From: Truepera sp.
Lineage (GTDB): Bacteria > Deinococcota > Deinococci > Deinococcales > Trueperaceae
Reading direction: 5' to 3'
Length of the DNA: 64,000 nucleotides
Assembly (NCBI GenBank): GCA_965218435.1
Contig: CBDCKW010000009.1
Span: 1,728,001 to 1,792,000, forward strand
Shown one piece after another: positions 49,646 through 59,316 of the stretch; position 1 is the stretch's first letter, and the number at the start of each line of letters is the position of its first letter. The notes beneath the pieces are model-generated. The model was given only the letters and a program-made list of their open reading frames with translations. It searched no databases and was not told the origin of the DNA. The translations under genes and the position numbers were made by a program.

Positions 49646-49785
49646 CGTCCGCAAGTAAGGCTCGAGGCGGCTGCCTACCAGCTGCACGTCTGCTCTTTGG
49701 GGCGTTACCGGCTTATGCTTGATAAAATCTGGTAAAGAATTTTAGGACGTCCTCGAGATAGTTTTGCAGCACCTGCCAAAGCAAC

Positions 49786-49813
49786 AGCCCCGCTGAGCGC
49801 GGGCTTCTTTTTT
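49786..49813. terminator. Intrinsic terminator between the R-M gene and the tRNA
   Basis: AGCCCCGC-TGA-GCGCGGGCT followed by TCTTTTTT. Confidence 0.6.
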
Positions 49814-49834
49814 GCGTGCTGCACGTGCTTTTTC

Positions 49835-49909
49835 TGGTGGGCGGTATAGGGATTGAACCTACGACCCCTCGCGTGTGAAGCGAGTGCTCTCCCGCTGAGC
49901 TAACCGCCC
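49835..49909 (-). tRNA. tRNA-Val(CAC)
   Basis: GGGCGGTTAGCTCAGCGGGAGAGCACTCGCTTCACACGCGAGGGGTCGTAGGTTCAATCCCTATACCGCCCACCA; cloverleaf, anticodon CAC, encoded CCA. Confidence 0.97.
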
Positions 49910-50052
49910 GGACTGAGCACATCAGCATACTAAAACCCTCTAAACGAAGTCAAGAAAACGTCGGCAAAATTTCTGCGAGTTTACGCCTTTCGGGTTAAAC
50001 CGGGCTAAACTTTAACCGTGGGTCCATTTTTATACAAACTGAGCGTCCCGCA

Positions 50053-50475
50053 ATGAGCGCAACCGGGGCTTCGCCTGACACAGCTCTCTTCGTGGTGGCT
50101 GCTGCGGTCGTCGTCCGGCGAGGTAATACTTTGCTCGCTATGCGCCGCGCCCTTACCAAAGACGCCGGTCCGGGACTGTGGGAGACGCTTTCAGGGCGCG
50201 TCGAGGTCGGTGAGACGCCGCTCGAGACCGCCGCCAGAGAAGTTTTAGAGGAGTGTGGCCTGAGGGTCACCTTAGACCCACGCCCCGTGACCTGCTACCC
50301 TGGGGCGCACTTGGGGCTCCCAATGATCGTGATCGTTTACGCCGCCGCTTATCTTTCGGGTGAGGTGACCTTGAGCCGTGAGCACGACCGTTATCTTTGG
50401 CTCTCCCCTGACGCGTTTGCCGAGCTTAGCACCCTCATGCCCCTCGTCCGGGCGGTACACTTAGCCTTTAGATAA
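50053..50475 (+). CDS. NUDIX hydrolase
   Basis: Nudix box GRVEVGETPLETAAREVLEECGL. Confidence 0.92.
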   Translation: MSATGASPDTALFVVAAAVVVRRGNTLLAMRRALTKDAGPGLWETLSGRVEVGETPLETAAREVLEECGLRVTLDPRPVTCYPGAHLGLPMIVIVYAAAYLSGEVTLSREHDRYLWLSPDAFAELSTLMPLVRAVHLAFR

Positions 50476-50496
50476 CTTTAGCCTAGAGGAGACCTG

Positions 50497-50823
50497 ATGA
50501 TCATCTCGACAACTTCGGTTTTAAGCGGCAAAGAAGTCACCGACTACCACGGCTTAGTGAGCGGTGAGGCGATTTTAGGCGCGAACATCTTTCGTGATTT
50601 TTTTGCGGGCATCAGAGATATTGTCGGTGGGCGGAGCGGCGCGTATGAACGTGCTTTACGCGAGGCGAAAGATATCGCCGTTCGGGAGATGGAAGACGAG
50701 GCGCAGCGGCTCGGGGCCAACGCGGTCATCGGCGTTGACTTAGACTATGAAAGCATCACCACGGGCAACGGCGGCGGAATGCTGATGGTGTCGGCCAGTG
50801 GTACGGCCGTCACGGTTCGTTAG
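50497..50823 (+). CDS. YbjQ/UPF0145 family protein
   Basis: [37 protein letters not shown] and VSASGTAV. Confidence 0.93.
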   Translation: MIISTTSVLSGKEVTDYHGLVSGEAILGANIFRDFFAGIRDIVGGRSGAYERALREAKDIAVREMEDEAQRLGANAVIGVDLDYESITTGNGGGMLMVSASGTAVTVR

Positions 50824-50828
50824 GCTTT

Positions 50829-51263
50829 TTGAAAGAGCTTCGAGGGTGGCCGTGGGACATGGTGCGGGCGCTCGAGCTACCCCAAAACGAGTACGTCGTC
50901 TTCGGCAGTGCGCCGCTGCTGGCCCACGGTCTTGTGACAGACATTGGCGATATTGACCTTTTGGCGACCGGGGCGGCGTGGCAAAAAGCGCAGACACTGG
51001 CCTTGCCAAAAACTGCGCCCGGTGGTGACCTTATCGTTCAGCTAACACCTGAACTTGCCATTTTTGACGGCTGGTTGGGGCTGGACACAGACGCGGTTAT
51101 TCGCCGCGCTGAGATGTGGAACGGGTTGCCGCTCGCGCAGTTGGCTGACGTAGCTGCGTACAAGCGTCTTTTAGACCGACCCAAAGACGACCGACCCAAA
51201 GACAGAATGCATTTGGAACTGCTCGAGCCCTACTTACCTAAACCATCAGCTAAGCCGGGTTGA
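50829..51263 (+). CDS. Hypothetical protein, nucleotidyltransferase-like
   Basis: VFGSAPL..HG...GDIDL and K...RPKD. Confidence 0.6.
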   Translation: MKELRGWPWDMVRALELPQNEYVVFGSAPLLAHGLVTDIGDIDLLATGAAWQKAQTLALPKTAPGGDLIVQLTPELAIFDGWLGLDTDAVIRRAEMWNGLPLAQLADVAAYKRLLDRPKDDRPKDRMHLELLEPYLPKPSAKPG

Positions 51264-51430
51264 CCTTTTCTTTTGTCATGCTTTGGCGTTATGTCCTGAA
51301 CATTATGTTGTGGGTAGGCGAAAAACGCTGTTCTCACCTGTAAAACAGCAACTTCTAAATTCTGTCTTGATTCTGTCTTTTTCTCTAGGGCCTACCATAA
51401 ACGCCCCCAGCTGATCAAGGTCAACGAAAC

Positions 51431-52480
51431 TCAGTACGACCGCGCCTCAACCTTTATATTGGCAGGCAGCGTCAACAACCACTCGGTTACCGCGTGAACT
51501 GCGCCCCGCGTCACGGGTGTGACAACCGGATCACCGAAGGGCTCGAGCCCCACAATCAGCCCCCCGGCACCTCGAGCACGCACACTGACCAGAACCTGTT
51601 GGCGCAACTCGGCCTCTTCAACCGTTGCCCTGACGAGCCATTTCTCGCCGCTACCTTCCGTGCTGCTGTCCGGGTCGTCCGACCCCAAGCTCCACAACAC
51701 CTCGTGCAAGATGACGTGGCCCCCGGCGTAGGGCGTGACTTGTTTACTAAAACTCAGCGGCGGCGGCAGCTGACCGGTTAGAAGCGCGTGGGGCATCGTC
51801 GAATCTCTTTCTAGTATCGGGTAGTCAGGGGCGGGTGCGCCGCTGTAGCGAAACACCTGATAAAACAGCGGTTTGCCCTGTGTCTTCCATTTGAGGGCGT
51901 ATTTGGTCTCAAAGACGGCGGCGGGTGGGTCGGTGGTCTCGAGTCTAAACAGCCCCGTACGCTCGGCTTCGGCGCGGGCAAAGGCCAGATACTCCGGGTG
52001 GTCGGTGGCTAAGAGCACCGCGCCCCCCAAGATGAGCCGACTTGCGGCCAGTTTGAAAAAGTCAGCTTGGAGCAGACGATTTTTCTCGTGCCGCTCTTTG
52101 GGCCAGGGGTCGGGAAAGTTGACGGTGATACTCGCCAGGGTGTGCGGCGCGAACAGCTGCTGCACAGCGAAGCCCGCACCCACTTTAAGCAGTTTGACGT
52201 TGTGCAGGTCATGTTTGCGGACGTTGCCGAGACCACGTTGCAGACTCGCCGAGGAGATTTCCAGGCCGACAAAACGCTCAGCCGGGTTTTCTCGAGCACG
52301 CCGGACGGTGTAGCGGCCGTCACCGAAACCGACCTCGAGATGTAACGGTAGGTGGAGCGGCCCGGTCACATTATGGGCAAATTGTGCGTCCCACGAGATG
52401 GGAAACCGAAACCGCCGCCACGGGACGAGCGGCCCGTTAGACATTTCTAAAAAGGTAGTGGTGGGTGGTGCAGACAACAC
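51431..52480 (-). CDS. trmB: tRNA (guanine-N7)-methyltransferase with C-terminal extension
   Basis: LEVGFGDG, GLE, NFPDPWPKERH, ATDH and TKY; TACGCT 5 nt before GTG. Confidence 0.92.
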   Translation of the reverse strand: MLSAPPTTTFLEMSNGPLVPWRRFRFPISWDAQFAHNVTGPLHLPLHLEVGFGDGRYTVRRARENPAERFVGLEISSASLQRGLGNVRKHDLHNVKLLKVGAGFAVQQLFAPHTLASITVNFPDPWPKERHEKNRLLQADFFKLAASRLILGGAVLLATDHPEYLAFARAEAERTGLFRLETTDPPAAVFETKYALKWKTQGKPLFYQVFRYSGAPAPDYPILERDSTMPHALLTGQLPPPLSFSKQVTPYAGGHVILHEVLWSLGSDDPDSSTEGSGEKWLVRATVEEAELRQQVLVSVRARGAGGLIVGLEPFGDPVVTPVTRGAVHAVTEWLLTLPANIKVEARSY

Positions 52481-52501
52481 AGCTCAGCGTACCGCACACA
52501 C

Positions 52502-53503
52502 TTAACGCCTATCGTTCGGAAGTTCGACCTTGGCCCGCACGACCTCCTCTTGGGTGTGCGTGTGGGCCAGAGCCAGCACGCCGCCGTAGCCGCCCTTTTC
52601 GGCCGCTAAAAAACGCGGGTTGGCGACGATGCTCGAGCGCCCCTCAGCCTGCAACTCAAACATCCCGCCCACCAGCATCGGGTTGACGCCGTAACGGATG
52701 TGTTGCCGATTCCGCACGCCCTCGCGCAGACCCAGACCGAGCCACGCCTCACCTTCCGAATACGTCTCGTCGGGGGGCCAGCGGCGCGTCCAGGGGGCGT
52801 AGTTTGCGCTCGGCTGCACCACAATATCTGCACCCGCGCCGTCGAGCTGTTCTAATACCGAGCTGTAAAAGCCGTCCAAACAGAGCGCCACCCCGATGCG
52901 GCCCGCCGGGGTGTGCAGCACCCGCGTGTTGGACGCAGGCGCACGCGAAAGGCCGAGACGCGACTCGAGCCCCTTGGTCAGGTAACGTTTCCCGCTCCGC
53001 CCCAAGATGGTGCCGGTCGGCGCAAAGGTGTACGCCACATTTTGCACCCGCCCGTCCGCGATATGCAGCCCCCGCGACGCTTCGTTTTCGATGTGCGGGA
53101 GAAAGCTCGAGCCTGCCACAATCGTTGCGCCGGTCCGCTGCGCCGCTTCGGAAAACGCCCGGACATAGGCGCGGTACGCGGGCAGCGCCCGTGCTACAAA
53201 GAGCGCCTGCGGCCCCAACGCACGGTGACGCACCGCGGCGTGTAGCACGCTCCGCCACTGCCGCCGTAAAACCGTCAGCGCCGCGCCCGCTAAACGCGTC
53301 CGCCGCGACACGTCGGCGTAATTCTCCAAGGTCAAGAGCAGCGGCAAGCCGATGGTTTCAGGAAACGCCAGCAGTTTCGGCGCGTCGTCCAGCCCCGCCA
53401 CCGCGTGCTGCGACAGTTCCGCAATCCACACTGCAAACGCCTCCGGGCTGCGGTAATTCGATAACCGCAACTGCGCCTGCACCGCAATGAGGTGAACTTC
53501 CAC
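52502..53503 (-). CDS. Carbon-nitrogen hydrolase (nitrilase superfamily)
   Basis: Catalytic triad motifs AFPE, GKRYLT and ALCLD. Confidence 0.85.
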   Translation of the reverse strand: MEVHLIAVQAQLRLSNYRSPEAFAVWIAELSQHAVAGLDDAPKLLAFPETIGLPLLLTLENYADVSRRTRLAGAALTVLRRQWRSVLHAAVRHRALGPQALFVARALPAYRAYVRAFSEAAQRTGATIVAGSSFLPHIENEASRGLHIADGRVQNVAYTFAPTGTILGRSGKRYLTKGLESRLGLSRAPASNTRVLHTPAGRIGVALCLDGFYSSVLEQLDGAGADIVVQPSANYAPWTRRWPPDETYSEGEAWLGLGLREGVRNRQHIRYGVNPMLVGGMFELQAEGRSSIVANPRFLAAEKGGYGGVLALAHTHTQEEVVRAKVELPNDRR

Positions 53504-53583
53504 CCATTGAGTTTAGCTGGTTTTTCGACCTACGACTTTAGAGCGGTGCCTTGGGAGATGGCGTTATTACTGACAGCTACCGG

Positions 53584-53979
53584 TCATAACGCAGCTTCAA
53601 ATTCTGGAGTCGTCACCATATATCCGGCCCACTCGAGCCACAGCACGTGTAGACATTCCAGCGCAGCACTTTGCGCCGTTCGCGTTTCCTCAGCGTCCGC
53701 TCCGGCGACAGCCCACGTTGCGCTCAGCTCGAGCTTGGCGAGCATGAACGCGCTCGCTCGGCCCCCCGTACCGCCGGGATTGGGCACGACTTCGGTCCAG
53801 TTAAAGGCAAACGCCCGCCATAAAGCTTGGCTTATGGGCTCGTGCAACGTTTGACAACGCTCGGCGGCGTCGAGAAGACCTTCTGTTTGCAAATGTTCGG
53901 TAGCCAGTTTGCTCACATCGTAGGTGAAGGTGCTTTGAAACCGGGTCTCGAGGGTTCGCCGCGCCGCGTCTTGAGCCAC
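53584..53979 (-). CDS. Hypothetical protein
   Basis: 131-aa helical ORF co-oriented with its neighbours. Confidence 0.6.
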   Translation of the reverse strand: MAQDAARRTLETRFQSTFTYDVSKLATEHLQTEGLLDAAERCQTLHEPISQALWRAFAFNWTEVVPNPGGTGGRASAFMLAKLELSATWAVAGADAEETRTAQSAALECLHVLWLEWAGYMVTTPEFEAAL

Positions 53980-54065
53980 ATCCTCAAATATAAACGTTTT
54001 TACATGAGCCGCCCCTCAGCGCAACCGCACCCTGATTCTCACCCTTCCTTTGGTAGACTCGGGCC

Positions 54066-55136
54066 GTGCTGAAACGCTTTTCAACCTACCTCTTGCGCGA
54101 AACGAGTGGGCTTTACCTGCTCGGTGTCGCAGCTTTTTGTCTGCTCTTGTCGGTAGATACGCTGACCACCTGGGCGAGTTTTTTAATCGAACAAAACGCG
54201 TCGGTGTTTACGGTGCTTAAACTCATGCTCTACCAAACCCCGTTTTTTTTGCACTTGTCGTTGCCGATTGCCGCTGTGTTCGCGGTGCTTTTAGCGACCG
54301 GCAGGTTAGCCAAAGATTCTGAACTCAAAGCGGCTTACGCGTCGGGTGTCTCACCGCTTGCGCTCTTACGGCCTCTCTTGCTGTTCGGGGTGCTGGTCAC
54401 CGTCATTGCCGTCCTAAATAACGGGTACCTCGAGCCTCGGGGTGAAATCGCCCAGGACGTGCTCGAGGCGTCGTTTTATAACGCGCGGCCCTCGTCCGAA
54501 ACGCAGCGCGACGTGTCGTTTCATCAACCGGAAGGCATCTTTCACGCGGCCCGGATTCGCGTCGACCCCGACGACCGCGACCGCGCCGAGCTGACCGGGG
54601 CGCTCGTTTACGGGGACGACGGCACCGTCTGGAGTGCGCGTTACGGCACCTGGGACAGCGTAGCGAAGACCTGGACGTTGGAAGAAGTCGAGGTTTTGCC
54701 GCCACAAGGGAAACGAACTATCCTGCCGCAACAGCGGGCGCGGGTCACGCTGCCCTTTGACCTCGAGGCCGACGCGGGCGCGTCGCTCCGGGCCGCGGAC
54801 AACCTCACCTTGAGCGAGCTTTACGCCCGGATTGGGCGGGCACGACAAGCTGGGCAAAATATCGCGGGTGACCTGTTTGACTTTCACCGCCGTTTAGCGG
54901 ACGCCTCGAGCGCCCTGATCTTTGTGCTGATCGCCGGAGCCCTCGGCTTGACCCTGCGTGGACGCGCTGCCGGATTCGGTTGGACGATTGTGCTGCTGGT
55001 GTGCTTTTTTGCGCTCTGGACACTTTCAGAAAGCTTTTTTGAGCAAGAGGTGTTATCTCCAGTCGTTGCCGCGTGGTTTACCACGCTCGTCGTCGGGGCG
55101 GTCGGCGCACTTTTGGCGCTGAGGTTGCGGCGGTGA
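54066..55136 (+). CDS. LptF/LptG family permease
   Basis: RFSTYLLRE, LSLPIA, GRLAKDSELKAAYASGVSP; periplasmic domain followed by 3 TM. Confidence 0.9.
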   Translation: MLKRFSTYLLRETSGLYLLGVAAFCLLLSVDTLTTWASFLIEQNASVFTVLKLMLYQTPFFLHLSLPIAAVFAVLLATGRLAKDSELKAAYASGVSPLALLRPLLLFGVLVTVIAVLNNGYLEPRGEIAQDVLEASFYNARPSSETQRDVSFHQPEGIFHAARIRVDPDDRDRAELTGALVYGDDGTVWSARYGTWDSVAKTWTLEEVEVLPPQGKRTILPQQRARVTLPFDLEADAGASLRAADNLTLSELYARIGRARQAGQNIAGDLFDFHRRLADASSALIFVLIAGALGLTLRGRAAGFGWTIVLLVCFFALWTLSESFFEQEVLSPVVAAWFTTLVVGAVGALLALRLRR

Positions 55137-56209
55137 ACCGGCGCTTTTCACGCTATCTCATCAGTGAGATTTTGCCGCTCTACGCCGCCGGTCTCACCGC
55201 GCTCTTGATCTTGCTCCTCGGTAGCTTTCTGATTTTGGGCGTGTTGGCGCAGGCGATCTCTCGAGGTGTCGGGCCGGGGCTCGTCGCCGAGTTCTTGCTC
55301 TACAGCATCCCTACAGCCGCGGCGATGGGTCTGCCGTTGGCGCTCCTGTTTGCGGCGCTCTTAGGGATTACCCGGCTCAGTCAGGACAGCGAGATCAAAG
55401 CGGCGCTCCTGTTAGGCGTCTCACCACGGCAATTTTTAGGGCCGATGCTCGTCTTAGGATTGGCCGTCGCCGCGCTCAGTTTTATCAACAACGAGCTCAT
55501 CGCCCCCTGGAGTTACGACCGGGCGCAGGAGGCGTTATCGGACATCTTGGTGCAGAGCCCCGAAGTCATCGTCGAAGAAGGCAACTTTTTTACCGACGCG
55601 CTCGGGCGCAGCGTCTACGTCGGCGGTCTTGGGAAGGGCGGCGTCGTCCGTGACGTGACGGTGATTCAACCGGGCGGCTCGCAGGGGGTGAGCGAAGTCA
55701 TCCGCGCCGAGCGCGGCGTCCTCGACCAAGAGGCGGGCGTGTGGCGTCTACAAAATATCCGACTTTTACGCTACCGCGACGGTCAGGTTGTGCTGGACGC
55801 ACCCGCCAAAAGCGCCGAGGTGCCGTTTCGGGGACTGTCGGCGAGTTCCGGTGCGCCTCCCGAACTCGTCCGGCTCCGCCTCGGTGACCTGCTCAGTCGG
55901 CTGCGCGGCACCACCCCGCAAGATGCGCCCGCCGAATGGACGGCGCTGCAGCGCAAATTCGCTGAACCCGCCGCGGCAGTGGCGTTTGCCATGTTCGCGC
56001 TCGCCATTGGGCTCTACAGTTTCCGGCGCAACTTCGGGCTCGGGCTCGTCTCAGTGCTGTTTTTGACCTTCATCTACTACGCGACCTGGAGCGTGTCGAA
56101 CCTGTTGGGTGCGCAAGGGGCAATTCCGGCAGTCGTCGCGGGGTGGGCGCCGGTCGCGCTCTATCTGGTGGCGGGCCTCGTCTTGTTCGGATTGTCGTGG
56201 CGGCGCTGA
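55133..56209 (+). CDS. LptF/LptG family permease
   Basis: RFSRYLISE, RLSQDSEIKAALLLGVSP, KFAEP and AGWAP; GTGA overlap. Confidence 0.9.
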   Translation: MNRRFSRYLISEILPLYAAGLTALLILLLGSFLILGVLAQAISRGVGPGLVAEFLLYSIPTAAAMGLPLALLFAALLGITRLSQDSEIKAALLLGVSPRQFLGPMLVLGLAVAALSFINNELIAPWSYDRAQEALSDILVQSPEVIVEEGNFFTDALGRSVYVGGLGKGGVVRDVTVIQPGGSQGVSEVIRAERGVLDQEAGVWRLQNIRLLRYRDGQVVLDAPAKSAEVPFRGLSASSGAPPELVRLRLGDLLSRLRGTTPQDAPAEWTALQRKFAEPAAAVAFAMFALAIGLYSFRRNFGLGLVSVLFLTFIYYATWSVSNLLGAQGAIPAVVAGWAPVALYLVAGLVLFGLSWRR

Positions 56210-59200
56210 TGAGACGCACCACGCTCCTCACCCTCTTGCTGCTCTGTTTGGGTGTCTCGCACGCCGTTGAGGTTGAAATTTTAGACGCCGATAAGCTCGA
56301 GGTTCGCCCCATCACCCTGCCGGGGGGCACACAAACTGAACTGACGATTATCACTGGGTCTCCGGTCAGGCTCAAAGTAGACGGCGACACCATCGTGGCT
56401 GAATACGTCGAATTTGATAAGTCGAGCCGCATCATGCGGATCGTCGGACCCGGCAACGTCGCCTACGACAACATCACCACCAAAGGCAAAGATTATATCC
56501 TCGACTTAAGTAACGGCGACCTCAACTTCCGTGACGTTTTTATCTTTACCGAACCCATCGACATCGAGGGCGTCGCGGCGACCCGGCAACCCGGCCAGAT
56601 TGACATCAGCGCCGCGCAGTTCAGCCCCTGTAGCCGCTGCCAGAGCGAGGTGCAAGACTACCGTTTTAGCGCCGAGCGGATGAATTTTTATCCCGGCGAC
56701 CGGCTGGTGGCCTTTAATGTGACGGTGTATCTGCGCGACCTGCCGAGCTTTTTTCTGCCGCTGATGGTCGTCCCGCTCGGCCCGCAAGACCGCCGCCCCC
56801 GCTTTAACCTGACGCGCGGCAGCGCAGACGAACGCGCTGAGGTGGCGCTCGACTGGCCGTATGTCTTTGGCGCGAACGCCTTCGGCACCACCTCGCTGCG
56901 TTACTACGCCGACGTGACGCCGAACTCAAGTACCAGCCCGACCGAAACCATCTTGGGGGGCACCGTCACGCAAAACTATTTCGGCGGCGGCTTCGACCAC
57001 CGCTTTTATACCGAGCGGGGGCGCGGTAGGGCACGGTTTTTTTATACGCCGTCGTTTTTGCCCCGAACCGACTATGACGTCAAGACGCCCGAAGCCTTCG
57101 AGTACACACTAGGTTACAAAACCGAGGCGGCGCTCTCAGGGCTGCAAACCGACCTCTTGTTAGAACGAGACGACCTGACCAACCCGCAGATCATCAACCT
57201 GACGGCGCGGCTCGGCAATACCTACGAAGGCTTTAATTTCGGTTACGTGACGCAGACGTACTTCGACCTAAACCTGGACCCGAACGACACCTCGTATTCA
57301 CCAAGTTACGACGACGCGGAGGGGGCGCTCCGCACCTACGCGCAAGTGCAGGTCAGCCCGGAAGAAGATCTGAGTTTTAGCGTCGGGCCGTTGACGCTGA
57401 CCAACTTGCTGGTCACGGCGGGCGTGTACGAAGACTACGCCAACCCCAGCAACAACAGCGCGACGCAGGCGTCCGGTTTAACGATTGGGGGCCGGTCAAT
57501 CATCCGGGGCGGGCGGCTGTTAGAGCGGCACACGGTCACCTTAGCGCCCCTCACCCCGTTTCCCGGCTCGAGCGTTTCAGGCAGCACGAACTATACCGGG
57601 CAGTTTTACACCACCACCAACCCCGGCGGCGAAAACGAACGCCTGGTAGACTGGACTACGACGCTGAGCGCCGAACAAACCTTCGACGGGGGCTCCTTCG
57701 GCCTTAACTTCAGCCGCGTCATTTTAGAGGGCGAATCGCCCTTTGCCTTTGACGCCCGTACCACGCCCAACAACCGCACCGAACTGACCTCCACGTTCTC
57801 CCTGACGCCTTTGCCGTGGGTTGACCTGAGCGCCAGCGAGACCTACGTGTTTCGAGACGACCGCAGTTACGGCGGCTTCGGGACGGTGGGCGCAAGTGAA
57901 CTCGGCGCAGGCCCGCTCGAGACCCGCGCCGAACTGTTTAACAATCTGGACTGGCTGAACGTAACGCTCGAGCAAGCCTACGACCTGCAAAACAACGATC
58001 CCGGACTGCTCGGGGCGACGATTGAACTCGTCTCACCCAATCCGGTGCTGACGAGCCGCGTCCAGCTCAGCGGCGTCTACGACCTCGAGCAGAGGACCAG
58101 GCTGACCGGCGCGAAGGTCAACGAGTCCGAAGTGAACCTCGAGACGCAGGTCGGTTACACCCCCTACGCGGCGCTCACGGTTGACCTCGGTTACGACTTT
58201 AACGGCGTCAGCTTTGACAACTTCGGCGGGGACTACGGCAATTTTGACAACGGCTCGACTTATAGCGGCAGCTATTCAGACGGCTATACCGGCAATGGGT
58301 CGCTCGAGCCGGGCAGTGAAGCCGTAGGTGTGCCGCTCTATAAACCGCTGGTTTTCAGCCTCACCGCCGGGACCGAAAGCCAAGAAGACACAGTGCCCAG
58401 CCTGACGCTGAGTTTTGACCGCGACTTAAACCGCGACCGGATGAACTCGGCGAGTTACTTGGCTACCGCGAAGCTGGGGCCGCTCGAGCTCACCGCCGAA
58501 CAAAACTTTGACTTTGACGCCTATGACGCCAGCGACACCACCTTTACCGTAACCTATCCGGGCGTCGCCCAGCTGAGCGCCTCGGGTTTTACCCCGCTGC
58601 CGCCCCAGCTGATCGGCCTCGACCTAAAACCTGAAGACTCGACCACGTACGAGGTCAGCTTGCTCGACCAGACGCAAGAGGACGATACTAAACTCTATAA
58701 GGTGACCTACACGACGACCTACGGGCCGCTTTACGACGTCGGCGACAAGCAGTATCAGGGCTTTAGCGACACCAGCGTCACCGCGCAAACGAACCTCGAG
58801 ACGACCTTTTTTGAAACGCCTTTGGGGGCGCTGGGCTTCGGGATTGACGCCAACGCCATCTTAGAACTGAGCAGCGACGACCAGCCTCTCACCTACCTGA
58901 GCAGCGCCGCCGCAAAGTTTACGGTTGACTTTTTTTCCAGAGTCGGCCTGCAGGGGACGCTCAGCTACGCAGCCTTGGCTAGCGGCCTCGATATCACCAG
59001 TCAGACCCTGAGCTTTAACGAATTCGGTCCGACGGTGCGCATCTTAGACGACCTCTATCTGTCGGTCATTTTTGACGACCAAAACGGGGATGTTTGGAAT
59101 TTTACCAACCCCGGTCAGCAGCGCTACGACACGCCTTACAACTTTCAGCCGCTCATCTACCTGACCTTAGACCGCTGCTGCTGGGCCTTTTACGGCGCGA

Positions 59201-59316
59201 TCAATACCAAAAACGGAGCCATCAGCTTGACGCTCGGTTATCCCGGCAGCAGTCAGGGACTGACCGGAGGCTTTAGAATCCCTACCCTCGCCTTACCCGA
59301 ACGGAGATACAGATGA
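56209..59316 (+). CDS. LptD-like outer-membrane beta-barrel assembly protein
   Basis: Signal peptide, N-terminal jellyroll-like region with FSPCSRC..DYRFSAER, long beta-rich C-terminus with DRCCW; follows lptF/G. Confidence 0.7.
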   Translation: MRRTTLLTLLLLCLGVSHAVEVEILDADKLEVRPITLPGGTQTELTIITGSPVRLKVDGDTIVAEYVEFDKSSRIMRIVGPGNVAYDNITTKGKDYILDLSNGDLNFRDVFIFTEPIDIEGVAATRQPGQIDISAAQFSPCSRCQSEVQDYRFSAERMNFYPGDRLVAFNVTVYLRDLPSFFLPLMVVPLGPQDRRPRFNLTRGSADERAEVALDWPYVFGANAFGTTSLRYYADVTPNSSTSPTETILGGTVTQNYFGGGFDHRFYTERGRGRARFFYTPSFLPRTDYDVKTPEAFEYTLGYKTEAALSGLQTDLLLERDDLTNPQIINLTARLGNTYEGFNFGYVTQTYFDLNLDPNDTSYSPSYDDAEGALRTYAQVQVSPEEDLSFSVGPLTLTNLLVTAGVYEDYANPSNNSATQASGLTIGGRSIIRGGRLLERHTVTLAPLTPFPGSSVSGSTNYTGQFYTTTNPGGENERLVDWTTTLSAEQTFDGGSFGLNFSRVILEGESPFAFDARTTPNNRTELTSTFSLTPLPWVDLSASETYVFRDDRSYGGFGTVGASELGAGPLETRAELFNNLDWLNVTLEQAYDLQNNDPGLLGATIELVSPNPVLTSRVQLSGVYDLEQRTRLTGAKVNESEVNLETQVGYTPYAALTVDLGYDFNGVSFDNFGGDYGNFDNGSTYSGSYSDGYTGNGSLEPGSEAVGVPLYKPLVFSLTAGTESQEDTVPSLTLSFDRDLNRDRMNSASYLATAKLGPLELTAEQNFDFDAYDASDTTFTVTYPGVAQLSASGFTPLPPQLIGLDLKPEDSTTYEVSLLDQTQEDDTKLYKVTYTTTYGPLYDVGDKQYQGFSDTSVTAQTNLETTFFETPLGALGFGIDANAILELSSDDQPLTYLSSAAAKFTVDFFSRVGLQGTLSYAALASGLDITSQTLSFNEFGPTVRILDDLYLSVIFDDQNGDVWNFTNPGQQRYDTPYNFQPLIYLTLDRCCWAFYGAINTKNGAISLTLGYPGSSQGLTGGFRIPTLALPERRYR

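Noticed and set aside
49646..49909. Prophage or integrative element at tRNA-Val
   Set aside because: No integrase, phage genes or duplicated tRNA 3' end seen in the window
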